Positions 9,202 through 18,258 of a stretch of 64,000 nucleotides of DNA are shown piece after piece. The DNA comes from an uncultured Mycoplasmatota bacterium (GTDB lineage Bacteria > Bacillota_I > Bacilli_A > RF39 > UBA660): positions 76,317-140,316 of the forward strand of contig CAMKMS010000001.1 of NCBI GenBank assembly GCA_946413985.1. Reading direction: 5' to 3'. The position numbers and the translations under genes are program-made. How positions within the stretch are numbered: position 1 is the first letter of the stretch; the number at the start of each line of letters is the position of its first letter. A model generated the notes under the pieces. The model was not told where the DNA came from and did not search any database. It was given only the letters and a program-made list of their open reading frames with translations.

Positions 9202-10299
9202 ATGAAGAAATGGTTATTAATATTATTATCTATTTTTTTCATTATAGTTATTTTTAAATACAGATTTTCAAATTATTCTATTAGTTATAAAATAGATAAT
9301 TTCAATGTTAAAACAGTTTATAGAAATAAGAGGCTTTATTTTGAAATAACTGATAATGATAAAGTATATAATTTTGATATATATGAAAAAAGATCTTTTA
9401 AAAAAACAATGATTAGTAAAATAGATATTTTAGAAGATGAAAAAACTAAATGTATTTATCCAACAATTAATAATTATAAAACATATCCATTATGTTATTA
9501 TGATGGAGTTTATATGGATTATAATTTGATAGATTCTTCTATTTTAGATATATATAAAGAAGAGACTGTTGAATTACAAAAGCCATCTAAAGATTTTACA
9601 TATTATAATAATTTAGAAAAGAATGAATATGTTGCTTTATGGAATTACAAAGGTTATAAAGTAATGAATGGTAATTATTATAATAATGTAGAATTGTTTA
9701 AGAACGATAAATATGATAATAGTCTAGCTTATATAATTGATAATACAATATATATGGCAAATAATGATGAAGAGCATGAATATACAAAATTAACTAGTTT
9801 AAATCTGGAAACATTAAAAAGTGAAGTAATAGAATTAAAGCATAATATAGATTTTGATTCTTATATAGTTGGTAATGTTAAAAATAAATTATATATATTT
9901 GATAATAAATTTTCTATTCTTTATGAAATAGATGTAAAAAAGAAAAAAACTACTATTATTGGAAATAATGAAAAAGGATATGTAAAATATGAAGATGGAA
10001 AATTTGTAACTTGTAGTAAATCTTTATATAAAGTAGATAAATTTAAAATAAATAATAGTAATTCAAATTATACGTATTCAAGTGATGGTATGTATAAAAG
10101 TTTTAATGAAAATAATATTTTAAATATAAAAATAAATAATAATGAAAATAAAATAATTAAAGAAAAAGATAATGCTATTTACTATCAATATAAAGATAAT
10201 TTTTATAAATATGAACCATTAAATGGTAGTAGAATAATATTTTATAATTATGAATTAACATTTAATAGTAATAATACTATATTTGTATATAATAAATAA
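9202..10299 (+). CDS. N-terminally anchored extracytoplasmic protein, unknown function
   Basis: ATG at 9202 preceded by AGGTGA. Signal-anchor KKWLLILLSIFFIIVIF. Rich in Asn/Tyr/Lys; no recognisable motif. Confidence 0.5.
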   Translation: MKKWLLILLSIFFIIVIFKYRFSNYSISYKIDNFNVKTVYRNKRLYFEITDNDKVYNFDIYEKRSFKKTMISKIDILEDEKTKCIYPTINNYKTYPLCYYDGVYMDYNLIDSSILDIYKEETVELQKPSKDFTYYNNLEKNEYVALWNYKGYKVMNGNYYNNVELFKNDKYDNSLAYIIDNTIYMANNDEEHEYTKLTSLNLETLKSEVIELKHNIDFDSYIVGNVKNKLYIFDNKFSILYEIDVKKKKTTIIGNNEKGYVKYEDGKFVTCSKSLYKVDKFKINNSNSNYTYSSDGMYKSFNENNILNIKINNNENKIIKEKDNAIYYQYKDNFYKYEPLNGSRIIFYNYELTFNSNNTIFVYNK

Positions 10300-10392
10300 T
10301 AATAAAATAAATGTGTAATTCATAGATTGATTAAGAATGCAAGTAATTGAATATCAATAATAATTATGTTAGAATTTAATTGGAGGCAATAT

Positions 10393-10674
10393 ATGAAATT
10401 TATTGAAGCAAAAAAAAGTGAAGAGAAAACACCAGAAGGAGTAACAATACATTTTGATGGATTTGATCAACTAATAGAAGCAAGAAATAATGGCCAATTT
10501 GCAGTATGGGAATTTGGAGATTTTGTTTCAACAACAGATGACATTCCAGAAAATTATAGTCAGTTAGAATATTCAGAATTAGTTAGACAAATGAAAGTAA
10601 AAGCATTTGAAAGACAAGAAAAATTGGAAAAAGCTGTTTCAGATTCAAAAAGTAATACTGGTATAAAAATGTAG
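10393..10674 (+). CDS. Small acidic cytoplasmic protein, unknown function
   Basis: ATG at 10393 with SD GGAGG 6 nt upstream. The track start at 10366 has no SD. Confidence 0.45.
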   Translation: MKFIEAKKSEEKTPEGVTIHFDGFDQLIEARNNGQFAVWEFGDFVSTTDDIPENYSQLEYSELVRQMKVKAFERQEKLEKAVSDSKSNTGIKM

Positions 10675-10727
10675 ATATAAAAATAACACTTAAATAATAA
10701 TTACATATAATACTTTAGGTGATAAAT

Positions 10728-11045
10728 ATGGAAAATATTGTATATAGTCCTTTCTATGATTCATATGAAATAAAAAAAGGAGATACATTATATCAAATAT
10801 CTAAAGATTATAATGTTAATACTAAATTGCTTGCAGAATTAAACGGATTAAATATTGATGATTACATATATCCTGGACAAACTATATTAGTTCCTAAAAA
10901 AAATGTAAGTTATTATATTACTAAAGAAGGAGATACTCTTAAAGGAATTAGTGAAATATTTAATGTAAAAGAAAATGACATAATTAATAGTAATGATACT
11001 ATTTATTTGACACCAGGACAAATGATATATTATAAAAGAGACTAA
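10728..11045 (+). CDS. Protein with two LysM domains
   Basis: Two LysM repeats: IKKGDTLYQISKDYNV...YPGQTILVP and TKEGDTLKGISEIFNV...TPGQMIY. ATG at 10728 after AGGTGA. Confidence 0.75.
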   Translation: MENIVYSPFYDSYEIKKGDTLYQISKDYNVNTKLLAELNGLNIDDYIYPGQTILVPKKNVSYYITKEGDTLKGISEIFNVKENDIINSNDTIYLTPGQMIYYKRD

Positions 11046-11063
11046 AAATGTAGTCTTTTTTTT
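11039..11063 (+). terminator. Intrinsic terminator
   Basis: AGACTA-aaaatg-TAGTCT followed by T7. Confidence 0.55.
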
Positions 11064-11070
11064 ATTATCA

Positions 11071-11079
11071 TGATATAAT
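11071..11079 (+). promoter_or_regulatory. Extended -10 promoter element TGATATAAT
   Basis: Exact TGaTATAAT directly after the terminator T-run and 24 nt before the ATG at 11103. Confidence 0.45.
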
Positions 11080-11102
11080 TCTTATAGTAGGAGTTGGTTA
11101 GA

Positions 11103-12698
11103 ATGGTAATTAAAAAACCATATGCATTTTTAATTAAACATTTTAGGCTTATTCATGCCATTCTTTTTGTTTTATTAATATATATTTTATCAAAATCATT
11201 TAGTATATATTCATTTTTTAGTAATTATGCAAAAACACTTTTATATGTAAATACCAATAATATGGCTAGTACATATGTATCCTCTACTCTTTTTATTGCA
11301 ACAATAGTAGCTGTTATAGTCACATTTATAATCTATTATATAATGACTATGAAGCAAAAGAGTAATAAGTTATATCTATTTGTATTTATGTATTATTTAG
11401 TTCTTATATTCTTCTTTGTATATATACGTAGTGTTTTTTTAGGACTTCAAGAAACTTCAATTGACGTTGAAAGTATAAGAGCGATGAGGGATATAAGTAT
11501 AATAGTAATTATTCCTCAAGTTATAATGCTATTTATTATTTTAGGAAGAACTCTTGGATTTAATTTAAAACAGTTTGATTTTAAAAAAGATTTAGAAGAA
11601 TTACAAATAGACACATCTGATAATGAAGAAGTAGAAGTTACAATTGGTAATGATACATATAAAATAGCCAGATTTTTTAGAAAAGTACTAAGATTAACTA
11701 AATATTTTGTATTAGAAAATAAAGTATTTGTTATAGGAACTTCTTCCATAATTGTTCTTGGTTTATCATTATTCTTATTTAATAAATTAAATGTTTATAA
11801 AGAAAGCTATAAAGAAAATCAAGTTGTTAATGCCTCATCTTTGTTTTTTAAAATAAACTCAAGTTATATAACACAAGCAGATAAAAATAATGTAATTATC
11901 TCAAATGGTAAACATTATATTTTAGTTGATGTATTTGTTAGTAATAAAACTCGTATAAATCAAAATATTAATAGAAATACATTTAGATTAAAAATAGGTG
12001 ATGAATTATTACTTCCATCATTTAATTATTCAAATAGATTTAATGATATTGGTGATGTTTTTAATCCTTTTGTATTAAAAGGTGGAGAAGATGCTAGTTT
12101 ATTAGTAGTATTTGAGATTAATAATACTGATTTATCAAAGCAATATTTATTTAAAATTAATAATTTAATTAATTCATCTACTTCGACTACTTTTAAAGAT
12201 GTTATAATAAATCCAATTAGTTTAAATGAGAATAAAGATGAAGGATCTTTTAGTATACCAAGTGAGATTAAATTATCAAATTCTATTTTAAAAGAATCAA
12301 GTGTTAATTTGCTGGAAGCAGAATTTGGTGATAGTTTTAAAGAAAATTATACTTATACATTAAATGGAAAGAAGAGAACAGCAACTTATTCTATCATACC
12401 AGAGTCAACTAATAAACGTGAAGTAACAATATTAAAATTACAAGCTAATATAAAAATGGATGAAGATGTATATTTAAATAAACTAATAAAGTATCCTGGT
12501 GATTTATTTGAACAGTATGGAATTATTAGATATAGATATCAAGGAAATTACGTTACTGTAAAACTAAATAAAATTAATGTTAATTATAATAAAGAAAATT
12601 ATTGTTATATGGAGGTAACAAAAGAAGTATTAAAAGCAAATAAAATTGAATTAATATTACTAATTAGGGGCGTAAAGTATACATTTATCTTGAAATAG
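11103..12698 (+). CDS. Polytopic membrane protein with a large extracytoplasmic beta-rich C-terminal region, unknown function
   Basis: ATG at 11103, 9 nt after AGGAG. About 5 TM segments, followed by about 300 aa of hydrophilic sequence. Confidence 0.5.
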   Translation: MVIKKPYAFLIKHFRLIHAILFVLLIYILSKSFSIYSFFSNYAKTLLYVNTNNMASTYVSSTLFIATIVAVIVTFIIYYIMTMKQKSNKLYLFVFMYYLVLIFFFVYIRSVFLGLQETSIDVESIRAMRDISIIVIIPQVIMLFIILGRTLGFNLKQFDFKKDLEELQIDTSDNEEVEVTIGNDTYKIARFFRKVLRLTKYFVLENKVFVIGTSSIIVLGLSLFLFNKLNVYKESYKENQVVNASSLFFKINSSYITQADKNNVIISNGKHYILVDVFVSNKTRINQNINRNTFRLKIGDELLLPSFNYSNRFNDIGDVFNPFVLKGGEDASLLVVFEINNTDLSKQYLFKINNLINSSTSTTFKDVIINPISLNENKDEGSFSIPSEIKLSNSILKESSVNLLEAEFGDSFKENYTYTLNGKKRTATYSIIPESTNKREVTILKLQANIKMDEDVYLNKLIKYPGDLFEQYGIIRYRYQGNYVTVKLNKINVNYNKENYCYMEVTKEVLKANKIELILLIRGVKYTFILK

Positions 12699-12729
12699 TG
12701 CATATAATTTGTTATAATTATTTGTACGT

Positions 12730-12803
12730 GGAACCATAGCCAAGTGGTAAGGCCCCGGTCTGCAACACCGTCATCGCCAGTTCGAATCTGGCTGGTTCCT
12801 CCA
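12730..12803 (+). tRNA. tRNA-Cys (anticodon GCA)
   Basis: Cloverleaf: acceptor GGAACCA/TGGTTCC, anticodon loop cuGCAac, T-arm with GTTCGAATC, discriminator U, encoded CCA. Confidence 0.9.
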
Positions 12804-12885
12804 AGTAAAATGTAAAACAACCTTTATTGGTTGCTTTTTTTAATGTATATATATGATATAATAATAGTAGAAAGTAGGTATTGAT

Positions 12886-13335
12886 ATGAATAGAAAAGGA
12901 TTTACATTAGTAGAACTATTAGCAGTTATTGCAATTGTAGCAGTATTATCTATAACAGTTGCTCCAAATATTATTAGTACATTTAATAAGTCAAAAAAAC
13001 AAAATTTTATTACAGAAACAAGAGAAGTATGTAGAGAGGCATCTAATACATATTTAAGAGAAGCAATCATTACTGCTCAAGCAAAAAGTTATTATAAGAT
13101 TAGTAATGATACATCACATGCTTTAGATTTAAGTGGAAGAAGCGAATTTAAATATTATGTTAAAGTAAATACTGATGGAGAAGTAATAGCAATACTAACT
13201 TATGATGGTACTAATACTATTTTGATAGTTAATTCTTCAGGTATAGAACCAAATGATATATCTGAAAGTGATATTACACTTAGTGTAGATACTTCAAATA
13301 TGACTACTACAAAAGCTGAAAACTTATTAAGATAA
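12886..13335 (+). CDS. Type IV pilin / competence pseudopilin-like protein (N-terminal methylation motif)
   Basis: Canonical class III signal MNRKG-FTLVELLAVIAIVAVL, with Glu at +5. Confidence 0.8.
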   Translation: MNRKGFTLVELLAVIAIVAVLSITVAPNIISTFNKSKKQNFITETREVCREASNTYLREAIITAQAKSYYKISNDTSHALDLSGRSEFKYYVKVNTDGEVIAILTYDGTNTILIVNSSGIEPNDISESDITLSVDTSNMTTTKAENLLR

Positions 13336-13336
13336 A

Positions 13337-13361
13337 AAAGAATTGATATAATTCTTTTTTT
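13337..13361 (+). terminator. Intrinsic terminator
   Basis: AAAGAATT-gatat-AATTCTTT followed by a T-run. Confidence 0.6.
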
Positions 13362-13401
13362 ATTTTACAAAAAAGTGTTATAATATTTGCGGTGAAGAAA
13401 A

Positions 13402-14013
13402 GTGGTAGAAAATTACTTTAAATTAGGTCAAGAACAATTAAAGAATTTAAATGGAAAAAAGAAACTATTACTTCATAGTTGTTGTGCTCCTTGTAGTAGT
13501 CATGTAATATCATATTTGACTAGTTTTTTTGATATAACAATTCTATATTATAATCCTAATATTTCACCAAGAAGTGAATATGAAAAAAGAAAAAAAGAAC
13601 AAATTAGATTAATAAAAGAAATAGATAAAGTTAATGAAATAAATATCATTGATTGTGATTATGATAATGATTTATATGAAGAAAAAATTAAAGGATATGA
13701 AAATGAACCCGAAAGAGGAAGTAGATGTACTATTTGTTTTAATTTGAGATTAGAAAAAACTGCAAAAATAGCTAGTGAATTAAAATATGATTATTTTTGT
13801 TCTACTTTAAGTGTTAGTCCATATAAAAATTCTAAATTAATAAATGAAATTGGAAAAAAATTAGAAAATGAATATGGTATTACTTGGTTATATTCTGACT
13901 TTAAAAAAGAGAATGGATATAAACATTCAATAGAGCTTTCTAAAAAATATAATTTATATAGACAGGATTATTGTGGATGTAAATATTCTGTTAGAAATAA
14001 AGTACAAGATTAA
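13402..14013 (+). CDS. queH: Epoxyqueuosine reductase QueH (DUF208)
   Basis: Signature Cys motifs LLLHSCCAPCS, RCTICF and YCGCKYS. Length 203 aa. GTG start after GGTGAAG; TGtTATAAT at 13376-13384. Confidence 0.8.
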   Translation: MVENYFKLGQEQLKNLNGKKKLLLHSCCAPCSSHVISYLTSFFDITILYYNPNISPRSEYEKRKKEQIRLIKEIDKVNEINIIDCDYDNDLYEEKIKGYENEPERGSRCTICFNLRLEKTAKIASELKYDYFCSTLSVSPYKNSKLINEIGKKLENEYGITWLYSDFKKENGYKHSIELSKKYNLYRQDYCGCKYSVRNKVQD

Positions 14014-14058
14014 TAGTATTTTTTTTGTTTTTTTTGTATAATAATGGTGGTGAATAAA

Positions 14059-14193
14059 ATGAATTATTTAATTGAAAATATATTGAGTAATATGGATTCA
14101 GTAACACTCGAAATGGTTATATTAATAATAGTTTGTATTTTATTAGTACTTGCTATTATTGTATTATCAATAATAAAGAAATTAAATAAATAA
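14059..14193 (+). CDS. 44-aa single-TM peptide (not in the ORF track)
   Basis: ATG at 14059 preceded by GGTGGTG. It encodes MNYLIENILSNMDSVTLEMVILIIVCILLVLAIIVLSIIKKLNK and lies just upstream of the LtaS-family gene. Confidence 0.35.
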   Translation: MNYLIENILSNMDSVTLEMVILIIVCILLVLAIIVLSIIKKLNK

Positions 14194-14211
14194 TATTAGG
14201 AGAAGTAAAAA

Positions 14212-16200
14212 GTGAAAAAGAAAAAAGAAGAAAAAAAGTTAGAAAATAAAGAGTATAGTAAAAAAGAACTTAAAAATAAAGTTGGTATTTTTGTATGGTG
14301 GACATTTTGGATTATATATCTTGAAATGATATATAGAATTTTTGTAATAGGTGATTTCTTTTCAATGAATACATTATCTGTTATAGAATTTTGTGTTCCT
14401 TTTATAGTTGTTATGACTGTTTTAACAACTATATTTAATGAAAAAGCAAATAGAGTTTTAACAAATATTTATTCTTCTTTTTTAGCTATATTAATGCTTT
14501 CTCAAATTGTATATTTTAATTTTTATCATTCTATTTTTTCATTTTTTTCACTTACAACTGGAGCAGGCCAAGTAATGCAATTTTGGCAAAGAATATTAGA
14601 AATTATATTGAATATATGGTATGTATTTCTACTTGTATTAATTCCATTAATACTTTCAATTATATTTTGTAAAAGAATATTTGATTTTAAAAGATCAAGA
14701 GTTATTAAATATTTAATATTCTTTATTGTTATGAATTTATCTATACTTGGAATTATTTTACAAGTAAAATCTAGTTATGGTCTTTATTGTTTAGAAGATT
14801 TATTATATAAAACACATGCTCCTATGTTAACAATTAATAAAACTGGTTTATTTGCTATGGAAGGAATAGATGTATATAGATATGCATTTGGTTTTGAAGA
14901 ACAATTAACATATTTTGATGATAATGAAGATGAGGTTGTTATAGAACCAAAAGTTGAATACAATATTACAAATATAAATTTTGATAAATTAATAAGTAAG
15001 ACTACTGATAGTACATTAAAAAAGATGCATAAATATTTTAAATCAGTTCAGCCAACAGAGAAAAATGATTTTACTGGTGTATTTAAAGGGAAAAATATAA
15101 TATTTATTACCGCTGAAGGATTTGATAAAATAGCACTTGATAAAAAGTTAACTCCAACATTATATAAAATGGCTAACACTGGTTTTGTGTTTAATAATTA
15201 TTATCAACCATTATATCCAGTATCAACTAGTGATGGTGAATATATGAATTTAACTGGTTTAATACCAAAAGAAGGAGTATGGAGTTTCTATAGATCTAGC
15301 AATAACAATATGAAAATGTCTTATCCTAATGTATTTAAAAAGAATGGATATACTACATATGGTTTTCATAATCATACTTATAAATACTACGATAGACATT
15401 TAAGTCATCCTAATATTGGTTTAAAATATATTGGCTGTGGTAATGGACTTGAAAAGAAAATGAATTGTGATTTATGGCCAAATAGTGATATTGATATGAT
15501 TAAAGTAACTACTGATTATTATTTCAAAAAACAACCATTTGCTACTTATTATATGACTGTTAGTGGACATCTTGAATATAATTTTGGTGGAAATAATATG
15601 GCTCGTAAAAACAGAGAAGCTGTTCAAGATATGAAAACGAGTGAAGCAGTAAAAGCTTATATGGCAACTCAAATAGAACTTGATAAAGCTATGGAAGTAT
15701 TATTAAAAAGATTAGAAAAAGCAAAATTACTTGATAATACTTTAATAGTAATAGCACCTGATCATTATCCATATGGACTTTCTAAATCACAATTAAATGA
15801 AAGAAGTAAAACTGATAGAAGTGATAAATTTGAAAACTATCATACAACTTTAATTATGTATAATCCAAATTTAAGACAAAGAGAAATAAATACAGTTGTT
15901 AGTAGTTTAGATATTATCCCAACTTTATATAATTTGTTTGGACTTGAATATGAATCTAGATTATTAATGGGAAGGGATATATTTAGTAAAGAAGAACATA
16001 TCGTAATATTATCTGATAGAAGTTGGATAACAGATAAGGGTACATATAATAGCGTAACTGGTAAATTCACACCATTTAATAAAAAGGAAAAGGTAAGTCA
16101 AAGTTATATCAAAAAAATAAATTCAACTGTTAATAAAAAAGTAAGTATGTCAACACTAATACTTGATAAAGATTATTATAAAGCAGTTGGTTTAAAATGA
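14212..16200 (+). CDS. LTA synthase family protein (membrane-anchored sulfatase/phosphoglycerol transferase fold)
   Basis: About 5 N-terminal TM helices, then an alkaline-phosphatase-superfamily domain (NIIFITAEGFD, PVSTSDGEY, IVIAPDHYPYG). GTG start after AGGAG. Confidence 0.75.
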   Translation: MKKKKEEKKLENKEYSKKELKNKVGIFVWWTFWIIYLEMIYRIFVIGDFFSMNTLSVIEFCVPFIVVMTVLTTIFNEKANRVLTNIYSSFLAILMLSQIVYFNFYHSIFSFFSLTTGAGQVMQFWQRILEIILNIWYVFLLVLIPLILSIIFCKRIFDFKRSRVIKYLIFFIVMNLSILGIILQVKSSYGLYCLEDLLYKTHAPMLTINKTGLFAMEGIDVYRYAFGFEEQLTYFDDNEDEVVIEPKVEYNITNINFDKLISKTTDSTLKKMHKYFKSVQPTEKNDFTGVFKGKNIIFITAEGFDKIALDKKLTPTLYKMANTGFVFNNYYQPLYPVSTSDGEYMNLTGLIPKEGVWSFYRSSNNNMKMSYPNVFKKNGYTTYGFHNHTYKYYDRHLSHPNIGLKYIGCGNGLEKKMNCDLWPNSDIDMIKVTTDYYFKKQPFATYYMTVSGHLEYNFGGNNMARKNREAVQDMKTSEAVKAYMATQIELDKAMEVLLKRLEKAKLLDNTLIVIAPDHYPYGLSKSQLNERSKTDRSDKFENYHTTLIMYNPNLRQREINTVVSSLDIIPTLYNLFGLEYESRLLMGRDIFSKEEHIVILSDRSWITDKGTYNSVTGKFTPFNKKEKVSQSYIKKINSTVNKKVSMSTLILDKDYYKAVGLK

Positions 16201-17018
16201 TATTAGACATTCCAAATATTAATGTAAAAGATATATTACTTAGTGGTTCATGTTTTAGGGTAATTTTAGAAAAAGATGGTAGTATAACAAATATATTAAG
16301 TGATAGAGTTATTAATTTAAAACAAGATGGTAATAAATTATATGTTAAATCTTCTAATATGGATAATATTAAAAATATTATATATGAATATTTTGATTTA
16401 AATAGAAATTATGATGAAATTAACGACGAATTAATAAAAAATAGTCCCATGTTAAAAAATATGGTTAATAAATGTAGGGATTATAGAATTTTAAATCAAG
16501 AATCATTTGAGATGTTTATTAGTTATATTATAAGTCAAAATAATAATGTTAAAAGAATATCAAATACTATAGATAAAATATCTCATGATTATGGAAAAAA
16601 GGTTATTTTTGAAAATAAAGAATACTATTTATTTCCTAAATATGATGTTTTAAAAAAATTATCTATAGAAGATTTTAGAAAATATGGTGTAGGTTTTAGA
16701 GATAAATATATAGTTGACTTTTTAAACAAATATGAAACACAAAATGATATAGAAAAATTAAGTACAAAGGAAGCATTAGAATTATTAATGAGTGTTAAGG
16801 GAATTGGTCTTAAAGTAGCATCGTGTATTTTACTCTTTGGTTATAAAAGACTTGATGTTTTTCCGATTGATACTTGGGTTAAACAATATATATCAACAAA
16901 CTATAATATTAAAAATGACCAAAAGTCAATTATGGAATTTGCTAAAAAGAACTTTAAGGATTATAGTGGACTAGTAATTCAATATATGTTTCATGTAGAA
17001 AGAAATATAGAGGACTAA
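16197..17018 (+). CDS. ogg: 8-oxoguanine DNA glycosylase / HhH-GPD family N-glycosylase-AP lyase
   Basis: HhH-GPD motif VKGIGLKVASCILLFGYKRLDVFPIDTWV, with the catalytic Lys and Asp spaced as in Ogg. The ATG overlaps the upstream stop (ATGA). Confidence 0.7.
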   Translation: MILDIPNINVKDILLSGSCFRVILEKDGSITNILSDRVINLKQDGNKLYVKSSNMDNIKNIIYEYFDLNRNYDEINDELIKNSPMLKNMVNKCRDYRILNQESFEMFISYIISQNNNVKRISNTIDKISHDYGKKVIFENKEYYLFPKYDVLKKLSIEDFRKYGVGFRDKYIVDFLNKYETQNDIEKLSTKEALELLMSVKGIGLKVASCILLFGYKRLDVFPIDTWVKQYISTNYNIKNDQKSIMEFAKKNFKDYSGLVIQYMFHVERNIED

Positions 17019-17031
17019 AATAGTCCTTTTT
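17011..17031 (+). terminator. Intrinsic terminator
   Basis: AGGACTA-aaa-TAGTCCT followed by TTTT. Confidence 0.55.
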
Positions 17032-17033
17032 AT

Positions 17034-17062
17034 TGACTTTTATAATTAAAATCTTTTATAAT
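17034..17062 (+). promoter_or_regulatory. Sigma-A-type promoter (TTGACT-N17-TATAAT)
   Basis: -35 at 17034-17039 and -10 at 17057-17062, upstream of the HD-domain gene. Confidence 0.5.
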
Positions 17063-17088
17063 ATAAACTTGTATTTAGAGGTGATAAT

Positions 17089-18054
17089 ATGCAAGAAAGA
17101 AGTAAAAAAATTGTTGACTTTTATATAAAAGCAAATCGCAATAAAGAAAAAATAGTATTATCTGATGATAAAAGAGATTATAGTGCTGCTGAAGTAACAG
17201 TTCTAGCATGTCTTGATGCCCTTGTTAGGTATTCTGTTTATGCTGATAATGAATTTAATTGGGATATTAATAAAGTAATTAGAATGATTTTAATTGGAAG
17301 TTTAGATAATGATATTAATATTCTTGATAATAGTGAAACAAATAATCAATTATTAAATGAATTAAAATATTCAAGATCTACTGAATCAACTATGGCAAAA
17401 GCTTCTGCATATAGAGCTTATTCAAAAAAAAGAGATTCAAGTAATGAAGTTAATTCATTTATGGATAATTTTTCTAAATTAAGAACTATGATTAGAAAAG
17501 GACATATATATTGGGGTACTAAAGGACAAAGACTTGAAAGTATACTTGAACATGTATATGGAACTATGATTCTTGCACTAGGTATTGAAGGGGAATATGA
17601 TTATAAGTTAGATTTTGATAAATTATTAAAAATGCTATTAATTCATGAAACGGAAGAAATTAAAATAGGAGATTTAACAGAATGGGATATTTCTAAAGAA
17701 GAAAAAGAAATGATAGGTAAAAAAGCTGTTCAAGATGTATTTAGTGATTTAATAGATAAAGATTATTATATAAAGTTAATTGATGAATTTAATGATCATA
17801 CTTCTCATGAAAGTGAATATGCATTCCTTTGTGATAAAATGGAATATGATATGCAGGTTAAAATGTATGAAATGGAAGGAAGATATGATTTTGAACATAG
17901 ACCTAGTAATGTTGTCACTAATTCTAGTTCAGTAAGAAGAATAATAGATAATGGAGCAAATAGTGTATTTGACGTTCATTATGAATATGATAAACATAGA
18001 TATACTAGCGTTCCATGTATGCAACATATTTTAGAAGTTACAAAAAAAATGTAA
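17089..18054 (+). CDS. HD-superfamily (YfbR-like 5'-nucleotidase fold) protein with an extra N-terminal domain
   Basis: The C-terminal half carries ESILEHVYGTMILA ... LLIHETEEIKIGDL, the H...H(D/E)...D pattern of HD_3 phosphohydrolases. SD AGAGGTG. Confidence 0.5.
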   Translation: MQERSKKIVDFYIKANRNKEKIVLSDDKRDYSAAEVTVLACLDALVRYSVYADNEFNWDINKVIRMILIGSLDNDINILDNSETNNQLLNELKYSRSTESTMAKASAYRAYSKKRDSSNEVNSFMDNFSKLRTMIRKGHIYWGTKGQRLESILEHVYGTMILALGIEGEYDYKLDFDKLLKMLLIHETEEIKIGDLTEWDISKEEKEMIGKKAVQDVFSDLIDKDYYIKLIDEFNDHTSHESEYAFLCDKMEYDMQVKMYEMEGRYDFEHRPSNVVTNSSSVRRIIDNGANSVFDVHYEYDKHRYTSVPCMQHILEVTKKM

Positions 18055-18061
18055 ATAATTC

Positions 18062-18090
18062 TTGCATTTAATAATTTGTTGTGTTATTCT
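18062..18090 (+). promoter_or_regulatory. Candidate promoter (TTGCAT-N17-TGtTATTCT)
   Basis: -35 at 18062-18067 and extended -10 at 18082-18090, positioned to transcribe the leader ORF and uraA-upp. Confidence 0.35.
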
Positions 18091-18110
18091 TTTAAAAGAG
18101 GAAAATAAGT

Positions 18111-18194
18111 ATGAAAGAAATAACAAATACAATTATTAAAAAGAGTAAGAATAATTTAATAACTAGTAGATTTGTTGTTTTCTTTAATATTTAG
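18111..18194 (+). CDS. 27-codon leader ORF upstream of uraA-upp (not in the ORF track)
   Basis: SD AGAGGA lies 8 nt before the ATG. It encodes MKEITNTIIKKSKNNLITSRFVVFFNI. Its TAG stop (18192-18194) overlaps the first bases of the terminator stem. Confidence 0.45.
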   Translation: MKEITNTIIKKSKNNLITSRFVVFFNI

Positions 18195-18224
18195 TCTCAT
18201 CATTTATTGATGGGACTTTTTTTT
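18193..18224 (+). terminator. Intrinsic terminator / attenuator in the uraA-upp leader
   Basis: AGTCTCATCA-tttat-TGATGGGACT (10 bp, one G-U pair) followed by T7, 35 nt before the uraA start. Confidence 0.65.
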
Positions 18225-18258
18225 CTATCAAAATTTATTGTTTTAAAGGAGGATTTAT

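Noticed and set aside
7074-12803. Functional link between the 31-Cys protein gene and the nearby tRNA-Cys
   Set aside because: This is an attractive coincidence only. A single tRNA-Cys gene 4 kb away, with its own context, needs no such explanation, and no mechanism is implied by the sequence.
12605-13070. ORFs 12605-12820(-) and 12840-13070(-)
   Set aside because: The first runs straight through the tRNA-Cys gene. The second is antisense to the pilin gene's canonical N-terminal signal and its promoter region.
13336-13401. preQ1 riboswitch upstream of queH, and a PyrR binding loop upstream of uraA (18055-18258)
   Set aside because: The queH leader is about 20 nt after the -10 and lacks the preQ1 aptamer core. 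The uraA leader has no ARUCCAGAGAGG-like PyrR loop. Neither element can be supported.
16198-16200. Mollicutes-type genetic code (TGA = Trp), suggested by the extreme AT richness
   Set aside because: TGA closes well-supported genes (for example the LtaS-family gene at 16198-16200), and Trp is encoded by TGG throughout. ORFs are full-length under the standard bacterial code.
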